Positions 18,634 through 27,702 of a DNA stretch of 64,000 nucleotides are shown here, piece by piece (within the stretch, counting starts at the first letter, position 1; the number at the start of each line of letters is the position of its first letter). Both the position numbers and the translations under genes were made by a program. The stretch covers positions 9,921 to 73,920 of the forward strand of contig CAYHFD010000001.1 of NCBI GenBank assembly GCA_964355855.1. The letters run 5' to 3'. The notes below the pieces were generated by a model, which searched no databases, was not told the origin of the DNA, and was given only the letters and a program-made list of their open reading frames with translations. The stretch comes from an uncultured Candidatus Saccharibacteria bacterium. Lineage in GTDB: Bacteria > Patescibacteriota > Minisyncoccia > Phycocordibacterales > XYD1-FULL-46-19.

Positions 18634-18678
18634 AACAAAATTACAACACACTAAAATTTTTCCAAGGACGGTCCTTGG
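18631..18678. repeat. right inverted repeat (IR-B) of ~5 kb island, begins at CCA of tRNA-Ser
   Basis: CCAAACAAAATTACAACACACTAAAATTTTTCCAAGGACGGTCCTTGG; reverse complement matches 13634-13681; similarity extends to CCGCCA of the tRNA 3' end. Confidence 0.8.
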
Positions 18679-18687
18679 TAAACTACT

Positions 18688-19092
18688 ATGAACATCTTCG
18701 AAAAAGTAAAATCTCTAAACTTTCCGACCGGCCAATATGTCGTGGTTGGTAGTGGTATACTAGAAGCAAAAGGTATTAGAGAAACTCATGATGTTGATGT
18801 AGTGGTCACTCCCGAGCTATTTGAAAAATGCAAAACAGAAGGTTGGGAACAGGTTCCATGGACTTATGAAAAAATCGACCAGATTTACTTAAAGAAAGGA
18901 GAATTTGAGGTGTACCTAGACGTAAATTGCAGAGATTTTAATCCAACTTTTAGTGAACTTATACAAAGAGCCGAGACTATCGATGATATAACTTTTGCCT
19001 CGTTACAAGATACAATTAATTTTAAAAGGGCTTACAATAAACCCAAGCATTTGGCTGATCTAAAACTTATTGAAAAATACTTACAAAAATAA
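18688..19092 (+). CDS. minimal nucleotidyltransferase-fold protein (MNT-like), hypothetical
   Basis: VVVGSGILEAKGIRETHDVDVVV resembles GS..DxD NTase core; 134 aa. Confidence 0.4.
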   Translation: MNIFEKVKSLNFPTGQYVVVGSGILEAKGIRETHDVDVVVTPELFEKCKTEGWEQVPWTYEKIDQIYLKKGEFEVYLDVNCRDFNPTFSELIQRAETIDDITFASLQDTINFKRAYNKPKHLADLKLIEKYLQK

Positions 19093-19169
19093 ATTCTCAT
19101 GGGTCCAACCTATTTATTCTCTTTTTAGATTTTAGACAAATCATTTATTTAATTTTATTATATTAGGAT

Positions 19170-19709
19170 ATGAAAAATTTTAACGAAATTGAAAAGAGAA
19201 AAACCCCAGAGCAAGAAAAACTAGAAGACATAACCGATTATGTTAGAGAAAATAAAATTAGTGGTACAGAATTAAGAATAGCCCATGAAATAGCTTTGGG
19301 TATCTCCCCCGAAGAAAGCGGTCGAACAGAAGAAATTAGACAAGAGGTTAGAGATTTGGGTGATAAAATAGAAGAACATACTAAAAATGGCCTACCTATA
19401 AACCTGGTGGCAGAATTTATGCTGAAGGTAGAAGAATATGATTTGGCAGATCAAAGTTATTTTAATCTGGTTGACGACCTGCCTATTACCGACAAAGAAA
19501 AGAAAATCTTGTACTCGGTCGTGACAGACAAAAGGGTTGGGATTATTACATTTTGGGACCGTCACGCCAATTCAGTGGTCGCTTCTATAGAAATTCCACA
19601 AGAAGCTGAAAGGGAAGAGGTCCTACCAAAAGATATTGCTATGGATCTTATTAAAATAATACAAAGACTAAAGGGTTATAAAAAATTAGAAGTTGAATTT
19701 ATATCTTAG
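19170..19709 (+). CDS. hypothetical protein
   Basis: ORF with good length and acidic composition; no recognised motif. Confidence 0.35.
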   Translation: MKNFNEIEKRKTPEQEKLEDITDYVRENKISGTELRIAHEIALGISPEESGRTEEIRQEVRDLGDKIEEHTKNGLPINLVAEFMLKVEEYDLADQSYFNLVDDLPITDKEKKILYSVVTDKRVGIITFWDRHANSVVASIEIPQEAEREEVLPKDIAMDLIKIIQRLKGYKKLEVEFIS

Positions 19710-19747
19710 GATAGGAATATCGCTATGTCTATGCTTAAATAGCAATC

Positions 19748-20920
19748 ATGATTATCCTCGCCATCGAGACTTCCTGTGACGAAACTGCAATCAGTATTGT
19801 GAAAGCCGAGGGTGATTTAATATCGCCAAATTTTGAAGTGCTTGCCCATATTGTGTCCTCGCAGGTTGCCTTGCATGCCACTTGGGGTGGGGTGGTACCC
19901 AACCTCGCCCGGCGCGAACATATTGCCAATCTTATCCCCGTTTTAGAAGAAGCTCTGACTAAAGCCCAGCTCTACACCGAACGTGAACACCCCGAATTAT
20001 CAAACACTGAGTGTTTGATAATTCGGGAAATTTTGGAACGAGAAGAAGGTCTAGCTGAAAACATTATTACCTTCCTGTCGGAAATTCAGATTCCGAATAT
20101 TGACCTGATCGCCGTTACCGCCGGCCCCGGCCTTGAGCCCGCCCTGTGGGCTGGCATCAACTTTGCTCGCGCCCTAGCTACGGCTTGGATGAAACCACTC
20201 GTACCGGTCAACCATATGGAGGGACATATCGTCTCGGTTCTTGCAGACGGAGAAAGCACTAAATCCAAAAACCGAAATTTGAAACAAATAGAATTCCCGG
20301 CGGTGGCCCTGTTGGTGTCTGGGGGCCACACCGAGCTAGTTTTAGTGAAAGCGTGGGGCGAGTACCAGCGACTCGGCGAAACCCGTGACGACGCCGTGGG
20401 TGAAGCTTTTGACAAAGTCGCCCGCCTCATTGGCCTACCTTACCCAGGCGGACCCGAGATTTCTAAATTAGCCCAAGTCGCCCGCGCCCAAAACCTGTCT
20501 GGTGATTGGTCCCTCCCCCGCCCCATGAAAAATTCTGGCGACTATGACTTTTCTTTTTCTGGTATCAAAACGGCGGTTCGTTACGCGGTTGAAAAAAAAG
20601 GAGAATTGACTAACGAAAACAAATTGACCCTTGCCCGCGAATTTGAAGATGCGGTAGTGGAAGTACTGGTCGCCAAAGCAATGTCGGCCTGCAATGAACA
20701 CGGCGCTTCTACTCTCATTGTCGGCGGTGGCGTTATTGCCAACCAATATCTCCGTGCCCAACTAGAAAAAATATGCACGGAAAAAGGAATCAACCTTCTC
20801 CTGCCAACCCTCGAAACTTCCACCGACAATGCCACCATGATCGCGATAGCGGCCTTTTTTCACCAAAACGAAAGCGCGGGCGCGGATGAAATCCGCGCCC
20901 GAGGCAATCTGAAACTCTAA
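19748..20920 (+). CDS. tsaD: tRNA N6-adenosine threonylcarbamoyltransferase
   Basis: MIILAIETSCDETAISIV, VSGGHTEL, GIPYPGGP-type blocks of Kae1/TsaD. Confidence 0.9.
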   Translation: MIILAIETSCDETAISIVKAEGDLISPNFEVLAHIVSSQVALHATWGGVVPNLARREHIANLIPVLEEALTKAQLYTEREHPELSNTECLIIREILEREEGLAENIITFLSEIQIPNIDLIAVTAGPGLEPALWAGINFARALATAWMKPLVPVNHMEGHIVSVLADGESTKSKNRNLKQIEFPAVALLVSGGHTELVLVKAWGEYQRLGETRDDAVGEAFDKVARLIGLPYPGGPEISKLAQVARAQNLSGDWSLPRPMKNSGDYDFSFSGIKTAVRYAVEKKGELTNENKLTLAREFEDAVVEVLVAKAMSACNEHGASTLIVGGGVIANQYLRAQLEKICTEKGINLLLPTLETSTDNATMIAIAAFFHQNESAGADEIRARGNLKL

Positions 20921-21076
20921 CTTCAAAAAACCCTTACGGCGTGGTACGATATCGACAATGAATCCCGTTAGAGGTCACGGACACTAAACTTACTTTCACC
21001 ATGAAAAACAAAATTATTATCAAACTAATTCTGGGTAAAGGCAGGGACAAACAGTCCGTGTCCTACCTCTAACGGG

Positions 21077-23212
21077 ATGAACGAAAAACTACTAAAGCCC
21101 TACGACCCCGCGACCACCGAAGGTCGAATTTACGAAACTTGGGAAAAGTCCGGCTATTTTAACCCCGACAACCTGCCGGCCAGCCACACCCAGCCCTTTA
21201 CTATTATTATGCCCCCACCGAACGCCAATGGGCACCTGCATGCTGGCCACGCTCTTTTTATTACCATTGAAGACATCATGACCCGCTACAAGCGGATGCG
21301 GGGTTATAAAGCACTGTGGGTACCGGGTGCCGATCATGCTGGTTTTGAAACCCAAATTGTCTATGAAAAAAAACTAGAAAAAGAAGGTCGTTCCCGTTTT
21401 GGCATGGACCCCAAACAGCTTTACGACGAGATTTATGCTTTTACAATCGAAAATAAAAAATATATGGAAGCCGAGATGCGAGCCACCGGCGCTTCTTGCG
21501 ATTGGTCCCGGGAAAAATTTACTCTCGACGAAGACATCATCAAGAAAACTCAAACTACTTTCAAAAAAATGTATGATGATGGTTTGGTTTATCGTGGCAA
21601 GCGCATCATCAACTGGTGTAGCAAACATCAGACTTCCCTTTCCGATGTGGAAACCGAATTTAAAGAAAAAAAAGAACCGTTTTATTATTTTAAATACGGA
21701 CCTTTCACTATTGGCACCTCCCGCCCCGAAACCAAATTTGGCGACAAGTATGTGGTTATGCATCCGGCCGACTCTCGCTACCAAGAATATACTCACGGGC
21801 AACAAATAGATTTGGAATGGATCAACGGCCCCATCACTGCCACGGTTATTAAAGATGAAGCAATCGATATGGAATTTGGCACGGGCGTGATGACTATTAC
21901 CCCTTGGCATGACGCGGTTGACTTTGATATTGCCCAGCGTCATCAACTTGAAGCCGAGCAAATTATTGACTTCCGGGGCAAGCTTTTGCCAATTGCCGGT
22001 GAATTTGCCGGTCTCAAAATTACCGAAGCCCGACCAAAGATTGTGGAGAAATTGAAAGCCAAAGGTCTGCTTGAAAAAATTGAAGAAGAATATGTCCACA
22101 ATGTTAAGGTTTGCTACAAATGCGACACCACGATTGAGCCACAAATAAAAGAACAGTGGTTTGTCAAAATGAAACCGCTAGCGGCTAAAGCGATTGAAGC
22201 TGTCAATAATAATAAAATTAAATTTATTCCCGACAATTATCGGAAAATATTTCTCTACTGGCTGGAAAACACTTTAGACTGGAACATTTCCCGCCAGATA
22301 GTGTGGGGTATACCGATACCCGCCAAAATTTGCGACGCCTGTGGAGCGAGCGTGCCCGATTTAGATAATACAATTACTGCTTGCCAAACTTGTGGTAAGG
22401 AAATGCGTGCAGATACCGACACTTTCGACACTTGGTTTTCTTCGGGCCAGTGGCCACAGCTGGTTTTAGGCTATCCCGATGCTAAAGATTTTGCCACCTA
22501 CCACCCAACCGATGTGATGGAAACTGGTCACGACCTAATTTTTAAATGGGTACCACGGATGGTTATTTTTGGTCTTTATCTAACCGGCCAAGTCCCCTTC
22601 CACACGGTCTATATGCACGGTTTAGTTAATGACGCTCAAGGTAAAAAAATGTCCAAATCCAAAGGCAATGTCGTAGACCCAATCGAGATAGCTGAAAAAT
22701 ACGGCATGGACGCCCTGCGTATGGGACTTGTTATTGGCAACCCACCGGGCTCTGATTCGGCCCTCGCTGAAAATAAAATCAAGGGCTATAAAAACTTTGC
22801 CAATAAGTTGTGGAATATTAGCCGGTTTATTTTGGAAAATACCGAGGGAATTGATTTTGATCCAAATTTTACGGCTTATAGTGAAGCCGACGTCACCTAC
22901 CGCGATGAACTAGCCAACCTTATTGGTGACATCACAACTGATATGGAAAATTATCGCTTTCACTTGGCAGCCGAAAAACTCTATCACTACGCTTGGCATC
23001 GCTTGGCCGACGACATAATTGAAAATAGTAAAAATATTTTACGGGGCGATGACGAAGAAGCCAAGAAATCGCGTGCTCAGTTTCTCCTTCAATCCTTAAG
23101 AACCATTTTGACCGCCCTCCACCCCTTTATCCCATTCGTGACCGAAGAACTTTGGGGTATAATAAATAAAGGTGACACGCTCCTTATGATCGAGCCGTGG
23201 CCTCATAATTAA
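21077..23212 (+). CDS. valS: valyl-tRNA synthetase (short form lacking C-terminal coiled coil)
   Basis: PPPNANGHLHAGHAL (HIGH), DTFDTWFSSGQWP, KMSKSKGN; class Ia editing-domain blocks. Confidence 0.8.
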   Translation: MNEKLLKPYDPATTEGRIYETWEKSGYFNPDNLPASHTQPFTIIMPPPNANGHLHAGHALFITIEDIMTRYKRMRGYKALWVPGADHAGFETQIVYEKKLEKEGRSRFGMDPKQLYDEIYAFTIENKKYMEAEMRATGASCDWSREKFTLDEDIIKKTQTTFKKMYDDGLVYRGKRIINWCSKHQTSLSDVETEFKEKKEPFYYFKYGPFTIGTSRPETKFGDKYVVMHPADSRYQEYTHGQQIDLEWINGPITATVIKDEAIDMEFGTGVMTITPWHDAVDFDIAQRHQLEAEQIIDFRGKLLPIAGEFAGLKITEARPKIVEKLKAKGLLEKIEEEYVHNVKVCYKCDTTIEPQIKEQWFVKMKPLAAKAIEAVNNNKIKFIPDNYRKIFLYWLENTLDWNISRQIVWGIPIPAKICDACGASVPDLDNTITACQTCGKEMRADTDTFDTWFSSGQWPQLVLGYPDAKDFATYHPTDVMETGHDLIFKWVPRMVIFGLYLTGQVPFHTVYMHGLVNDAQGKKMSKSKGNVVDPIEIAEKYGMDALRMGLVIGNPPGSDSALAENKIKGYKNFANKLWNISRFILENTEGIDFDPNFTAYSEADVTYRDELANLIGDITTDMENYRFHLAAEKLYHYAWHRLADDIIENSKNILRGDDEEAKKSRAQFLLQSLRTILTALHPFIPFVTEELWGIINKGDTLLMIEPWPHN

Positions 23213-24021
23213 TGCCTCCTCAATCGACCCTTGATTTAAGTACCACTATCTTTGCTTTGGTTGGCGGTTTTGTCCCCGCTTTGATTTGGTTGTGGTTTTG
23301 GTTGCAAGAAGACAAACGCCGACCAGAGCCAGCTGGCCTTATCGCCCAAACATTTGTCGCTGGTGGACTGGCGGTCACTATCGCCTTTATTGTCCAAAAA
23401 TTATTGGCCGGTGGTTTACAAAATTTAGGTTTAAGTAGTTTTGATACCAGTGACCCATCTTTTTCCTTGGCCTTTTTTATATCGTCGTTTGGCATACTTC
23501 TAGTCTGGGCGGGGGCGGAAGAAATTGTAAAATTTTTAGCCACCTATTTTTCGGTATTTCGTAATCGCAATTTTGATGAGCCGATTGATGCGATGATTTA
23601 TTGTATTACCACCGCTATTGGTTTTGCCGCAGTAGAAAACACTTTGTTTTTGCTTAGCACTATTTTGTCGGGCGAGGATAGTATTTTTTTTCTTCTCACG
23701 GGTAATTTACGGTTTATGGGTGCCACGGTAGTTCATATAGTTTCTTCAGCTATTGTTGGTGGTATGGTTGGTCTGGCCTTTTGTTCACCTAAAATTACTA
23801 AAACTTTTGCGGTTGTGTTTGGGTTGTTCACTGCCACTTTGTTGCATGCTCTTTTCAATTTCCTTATAATTACTTCCAGTGGTGAAGAGATGTTGCGAAT
23901 ATTCGTAGCGCTATGGATCGCCGCTATTTTCATTCTATATTTCTTTGAGAAAGTAAAAGTCACAATTTGTCACCCAGCGACTGTGATCACCGCAAAAGAA
24001 ATAGATATTGATACCGATTAA
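23212..24021 (+). CDS. PrsW-family intramembrane protease-like protein
   Basis: Polytopic; AEEIVKF and GFAAVENTLFL motifs typical of PrsW. Confidence 0.6.
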   Translation: MPPQSTLDLSTTIFALVGGFVPALIWLWFWLQEDKRRPEPAGLIAQTFVAGGLAVTIAFIVQKLLAGGLQNLGLSSFDTSDPSFSLAFFISSFGILLVWAGAEEIVKFLATYFSVFRNRNFDEPIDAMIYCITTAIGFAAVENTLFLLSTILSGEDSIFFLLTGNLRFMGATVVHIVSSAIVGGMVGLAFCSPKITKTFAVVFGLFTATLLHALFNFLIITSSGEEMLRIFVALWIAAIFILYFFEKVKVTICHPATVITAKEIDIDTD

Positions 24022-24051
24022 GTAAAAAATTAATAAATAATTTTATCTAGT

Positions 24052-24513
24052 ATGGCAAAAGATCGACGATCCTTTTTTGAAAGAATTACCGGCACAATTT
24101 CGGTAGCCGATGACCGCGATAATTACGAGGAAATAGTTCCCGAGACCAGTCGCCCTGAACCAGATTGGGTAGAAGAGGAAGAGGGTGAACTATCGGTAGA
24201 TGTTTATCAAACCCCCAGCGAAATAATTATTCAGACCATGGTCGCCGGGGTGAAACCCGAAGAGTTAAATATCAATATCACCCGCGAAATGGTCACCATC
24301 AAGGGTACCCGCGAAGCTGCCCGCACTATTGCCGACGAAGACTACTTCCAACACGAACTTTATTGGGGTTCATTTGCCCGGACTATTCTCTTGCCAGCCG
24401 AAGTAGAAACCGAGGAGGCCGAAGCAACCGAGAGAAATGGTTTGCTGACAATCCGCCTGCCAAAAATTGATAAGGATAAGTCCACAAAGTTGAAGGTGAA
24501 GACGGGACAGTAG
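24052..24513 (+). CDS. Hsp20/alpha-crystallin small heat-shock protein
   Basis: ELSVDVYQT...ELNINITREMVTIKGTRE alpha-crystallin domain. Confidence 0.85.
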   Translation: MAKDRRSFFERITGTISVADDRDNYEEIVPETSRPEPDWVEEEEGELSVDVYQTPSEIIIQTMVAGVKPEELNINITREMVTIKGTREAARTIADEDYFQHELYWGSFARTILLPAEVETEEAEATERNGLLTIRLPKIDKDKSTKLKVKTGQ

Positions 24514-24544
24514 ACAATTTAATCCACTCTTAAAATATATGACA

Positions 24545-24572
24545 AAGGGCCGCTCGTTTACGAGCGGCCCTT
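24545..24572. terminator. bidirectional intrinsic terminator
   Basis: AAGGGCCGCTCG-TTTA-CGAGCGGCCCTT perfect hairpin. Confidence 0.75.
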
Positions 24573-24586
24573 GTTGCGACCCCGGT

Positions 24587-24913
24587 TCAGATCATATATA
24601 TTGCCTTTTCTTGACGAGGGTAATCAACCACCATCCGCTCCAAAGCATTGACGATATCGGAGACACTATGCGGGGAGTAGGATACATATACCTTCCATGC
24701 ATCATCAGAATCCTTCGGTGGTGATGTCATCTTTGTGACGACAAAACGCACCCCTTTGGTTTCTGAGCACAGAAGTCCAAGATGGACGTGTTCACCCTTC
24801 CTGAATGGTTTCTTCTCGTCTTTCCTCTCCTCCTCCCATATCTCTCGGCAATGGGTCATAGGGAATATGTATTCCTTCCCCCTGATGGTGGCTATAAATT
24901 TCACACGGTACAT
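24587..24913 (-). CDS. hypothetical protein
   Basis: 108-aa ORF, no motif recognised. Confidence 0.3.
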   Translation of the reverse strand: MYRVKFIATIRGKEYIFPMTHCREIWEEERKDEKKPFRKGEHVHLGLLCSETKGVRFVVTKMTSPPKDSDDAWKVYVSYSPHSVSDIVNALERMVVDYPRQEKAIYMI

Positions 24914-24995
24914 CTCGCCAACCCTCCTCTTTTGTTTTTTCGCTCAGTATCTTCAATTAAGGTATCTTATACGGCAAAGGATAGCAAGCACACAC

Positions 24996-25026
24996 GAAAA
25001 AGGCCTCCATCACTGGAGGCTTTTTG
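24996..25026. terminator. intrinsic terminator immediately 3' of tRNA-Phe (minus strand)
   Basis: GGCCTCCA-TCAC-TGGAGGCC hairpin flanked by A5/T5 runs on both strands. Confidence 0.65.
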
Positions 25027-25391
25027 TGCTTGGGGGCGGGTTCGAACCGCCGACCCTTCGCTCTTCCAGAGCGTTTGGACTATATCATCATCCGTTCTGC
25101 TAATAAGCAGAGTTAGGAGGCAGGCGCTTCCCCTCAACTACGCTCGGGGTAAACCCTAAGCTAATCAAGAGTACTCCCTTTCGGGATAGTCTCTACACCT
25201 TCCGAGCACCACTTTTGAATTCTAGAATATTCTAAAAACCAAAAGTGGTGCTCGGCTTGGCTCGGGATTGTCCAAAAAATTAATCTTGGGTGTCCCCCGA
25301 ATTCACCTACTTTTTCGATCCACTTTACAATAGAAAGGCCCGAAGTTTTTTAGGGTCCAGGCGAATGCTCTACCAACTGAGCTACCCAAGC
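25027..25391 (-). tRNA. tRNA-Phe (inferred anticodon GAA) interrupted by a ~282-nt group-I-like intron in the anticodon loop
   Basis: 5' exon 25359-25391: GCTTGGGTAGCTCAGTTGGTAGAGCATTCGCCT; 3' exon 25027-25076: GAAGAGCGAAGGGTCGGCGGTTCGAACCCGCCCCCAAGCA; halves form perfect acceptor (GCTTGGG/CCCAAGC), anticodon (TTCGC/GCGAA) and T stems. Confidence 0.75.
25077..25358 (-). ncRNA. group I intron (self-splicing ribozyme candidate) within tRNA-Phe
   Basis: 5' exon ends in U, intron ends in G; contains GAGACTATCCCGAAAGGGAGTACTC (P7/GAAA-tetraloop-like) and GATGATATAGTCC (P7') reminiscent of the Tetrahymena/cyanobacterial cores. Confidence 0.65.
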
Positions 25392-25460
25392 AATTTTTAT
25401 CTAACCCTTATTTTATAGCATGTCTGAGGCCAGAAATAAAGCCCAGGATCGAGTGAAATT

Positions 25461-25706
25461 TTACCGCCCCGGAATCGGCAAATTCTGGAACACCCCATTT
25501 AGCTGGTTGTAGGCAGCCAAAACTTGGTCTAAATAGGGTTGCAGATAATAGTAGGTCCACAGGCCAATCCCAAGCACTATTACCCACTTTAGAACCGAAT
25601 AAATCGCCTCTAAACGGCGATAGGACAAGAGTTTTTTCAACATTCGGCGATTATCCTTCCCGATAGCCAAAGACTCCTCTAGTAAGCTTTTTGTTTCCTC
25701 ATCCAT
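25461..25706 (-). CDS. small membrane protein, hypothetical
   Basis: 81 aa, one hydrophobic helix. Confidence 0.3.
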   Translation of the reverse strand: MDEETKSLLEESLAIGKDNRRMLKKLLSYRRLEAIYSVLKWVIVLGIGLWTYYYLQPYLDQVLAAYNQLNGVFQNLPIPGR

Positions 25707-25832
25707 TTGGTAAAAGTATAGCGAACCTGGCTTGGAAAATCAAAGGTTGGGCATCTTCCCTTTCTTCTTTACAGAACAATAAATAAATGATATAGAAAGT
25801 AAAGAGATAACCCAACCACAAGGAGAAGCTAG

Positions 25833-26393
25833 ATGGGTACATCGACAAGAGGGCGGAGAGACGTGCTCATCATCCACCCTTATGGGTTCATCACGGAACT
25901 AGACAACAGTGGTTCTGCCGGCTCAAAAGCACAAATTGAAAGGGCTCGCGAACTCATCCGCCACCACAAGGTTGCTGAAAATTGTGTTATGGTCTTTCCT
26001 CAGGGATATTACCCTCACCGACCGGAGAGTCTAGGTGAGAACATGGTCCGTTACATTCGGAGCTTATCGGAATTTAAGAATGTCTATGTGTTGCAGAGTC
26101 CATGTTCGCGAGGCACGGCCACTGACACCATAGCCGCTTATGACATGGTGGAGAAAGACGGGATAGACAGGTCACTTATGTTCCACTTCGTGACCGATCC
26201 CGTCCATATGCGGCGCGTACGGTTAATCTGGTTCCTGACCCACCCCCGATACAGAGGCTGGCAGGCCACATTTCACCCGGCTTACGGGCACCAAATGACC
26301 GCCAGAGAGCGTAACCTCCGCGAGCCATTGGCTCGCGTCAAGGACGCAGTAAGACTTCTACCTGTGTTCGTTAAGCGACTCATTGGCCGTTGA
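25833..26393 (+). CDS. DUF218 (YdcF/ElyC/SanA-like) domain protein, high-GC gene
   Basis: VTDPVHMRRVRLIW resembles conserved DUF218 HMxRA motif; AAGGAG SD 8 nt upstream; GC clearly above local background. Confidence 0.5.
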   Translation: MGTSTRGRRDVLIIHPYGFITELDNSGSAGSKAQIERARELIRHHKVAENCVMVFPQGYYPHRPESLGENMVRYIRSLSEFKNVYVLQSPCSRGTATDTIAAYDMVEKDGIDRSLMFHFVTDPVHMRRVRLIWFLTHPRYRGWQATFHPAYGHQMTARERNLREPLARVKDAVRLLPVFVKRLIGR

Positions 26394-26416
26394 TTCCATC
26401 CGTCTAATACAACTAC

Positions 26417-26455
26417 ACCCCGGTAGCACTTGTGCTGCCGGGGCAAATTTTATTT
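26417..26455 (+). terminator. intrinsic terminator
   Basis: CCCCGGTAGCAC-TTGT-GCTGCCGGGG then AAATTTTATTT. Confidence 0.65.
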
Positions 26456-26624
26456 ACACAAATTTAATTCCTCTTACTGGCACTTCAGCGCCGACCGACA
26501 CTGGGCTTTTTGGGCCCCCGCCAGCTGATCACAAGCCGCACCGCTGACAATTTTCCTTCAACTCTGTTCAGGATGGTGAACCCGTCGAATCCACAACTTT
26601 TTCTTTGGCGACAATTCAGTAACC

Positions 26625-27386
26625 CTAGAGACAAAGAACTGATGAAAAATCTTGATGGCCACGACCAGGCTGACATCGTTGGGTAGTTATTGGGGTTTCT
26701 AAAACCCAAGCTTTATAGCCATAATCGTAATGCGCAGGCGCAACCTTTCTCGATGCGCTAGAGGAATCGTCTCGAAGTCCTTCGTATGTAGCTGTAACAT
26801 ATATAACACCTCCTGTATTACTTACGGAGACCAAAACTTCGGAACAGCTGTCCGGTGTGCATCCTCCCCATGTAGCTTTAACTAATGCAAGCGCCTCACT
26901 ATTTGAAAGGGTAAGTGGAACAGCGGTGATTGTGAAAGTGGAATCACTTACATCTTCAACAAAGCCTCCTCTAACTGGACGAATAAAAATCTTATATTCA
27001 CCCGTCTGGAGATTGGAAGAGATAGTCCACTTATAAAGACCAGAGTTCCGGACATTCAAAGCTACATAACCAGCTCCTTGCCCTGAACCTTCTGATCCTT
27101 CAACAAGTCCAATGTCAACATTACTTTTTATTGAGTTTGATAACCACTTAATGTCATATGTCTTGCCACCTTGATATTTCTCTCCTCCATTTGGCGAGAG
27201 AACGGTGATTGAAGGTTTAGAATTAGAAGACAGAGGAGTGATGTTGGAAGTTGGTGCCGGCTCTTGTGTGACTGGTCCAGATTTTTTAACAAAAACAAAA
27301 TATCCCACTGTACCAACGAGAATAGCAACAATTACTACTATCAAAACAATATTTACAAATCCTTTTTGATTCATATAATAATTCAT
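26625..27386 (-). CDS. secreted/surface protein with N-terminal anchor, hypothetical
   Basis: N-terminal TM, Pro/Ser/Thr linker, beta-rich body. Confidence 0.45.
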   Translation of the reverse strand: MNYYMNQKGFVNIVLIVVIVAILVGTVGYFVFVKKSGPVTQEPAPTSNITPLSSNSKPSITVLSPNGGEKYQGGKTYDIKWLSNSIKSNVDIGLVEGSEGSGQGAGYVALNVRNSGLYKWTISSNLQTGEYKIFIRPVRGGFVEDVSDSTFTITAVPLTLSNSEALALVKATWGGCTPDSCSEVLVSVSNTGGVIYVTATYEGLRDDSSSASRKVAPAHYDYGYKAWVLETPITTQRCQPGRGHQDFSSVLCL

Positions 27387-27479
27387 AAATTATTTTTCAA
27401 CTTTATAATTAAAAACTTCTTCCTCAAAATTAAATACTAGGCGAGCTTAAGTAATATAACTCCGTTTTTTATCATACCA

Positions 27480-27702
27480 TGATTTTCTGGCTGGTACCCC
27501 AGGCTCCTGGGAAACCCTGCTCCTCCGCTAAAGCTAGCGGCACGCGGGCGGTTTTCCCAATCCTTCCCCGCCTGCCATCGGCTGCGCCATCAGGCAATGG
27601 CGGGCAGGCTCCACGGGAGACCAGGTGTTCTCCTCTAAGCCGTTCGGCACGAGCTAGGCCGACCCCACTCCCTGCCGGGGGCACAACTCGTTCCCCTCGT
27701 TG
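27480..27702 (-). ncRNA. GC-rich structured element R (homolog of 17880-18113), immediately 3' of tRNA-Arg
   Basis: Shares ordered sequence blocks with element G; helix CGGGAGACC-AGGT-GTTCTCC covaries with CGGGAAAAC-AGGT-GTTTTCCCG of G; 14-bp inverted repeat GCCGGGGGCACAAC/GTTGTGCCCCCGGC includes tRNA 3' end. Confidence 0.4.

Noticed and set aside
18454-18651. 65-aa minus-strand ORF
   Set aside because: It completely overlaps tRNA-Ser.
24735-25159. Two overlapping plus-strand ORFs (122 and 125 aa)
   Set aside because: They lie inside and antisense to the tRNA-Phe intron and exons.
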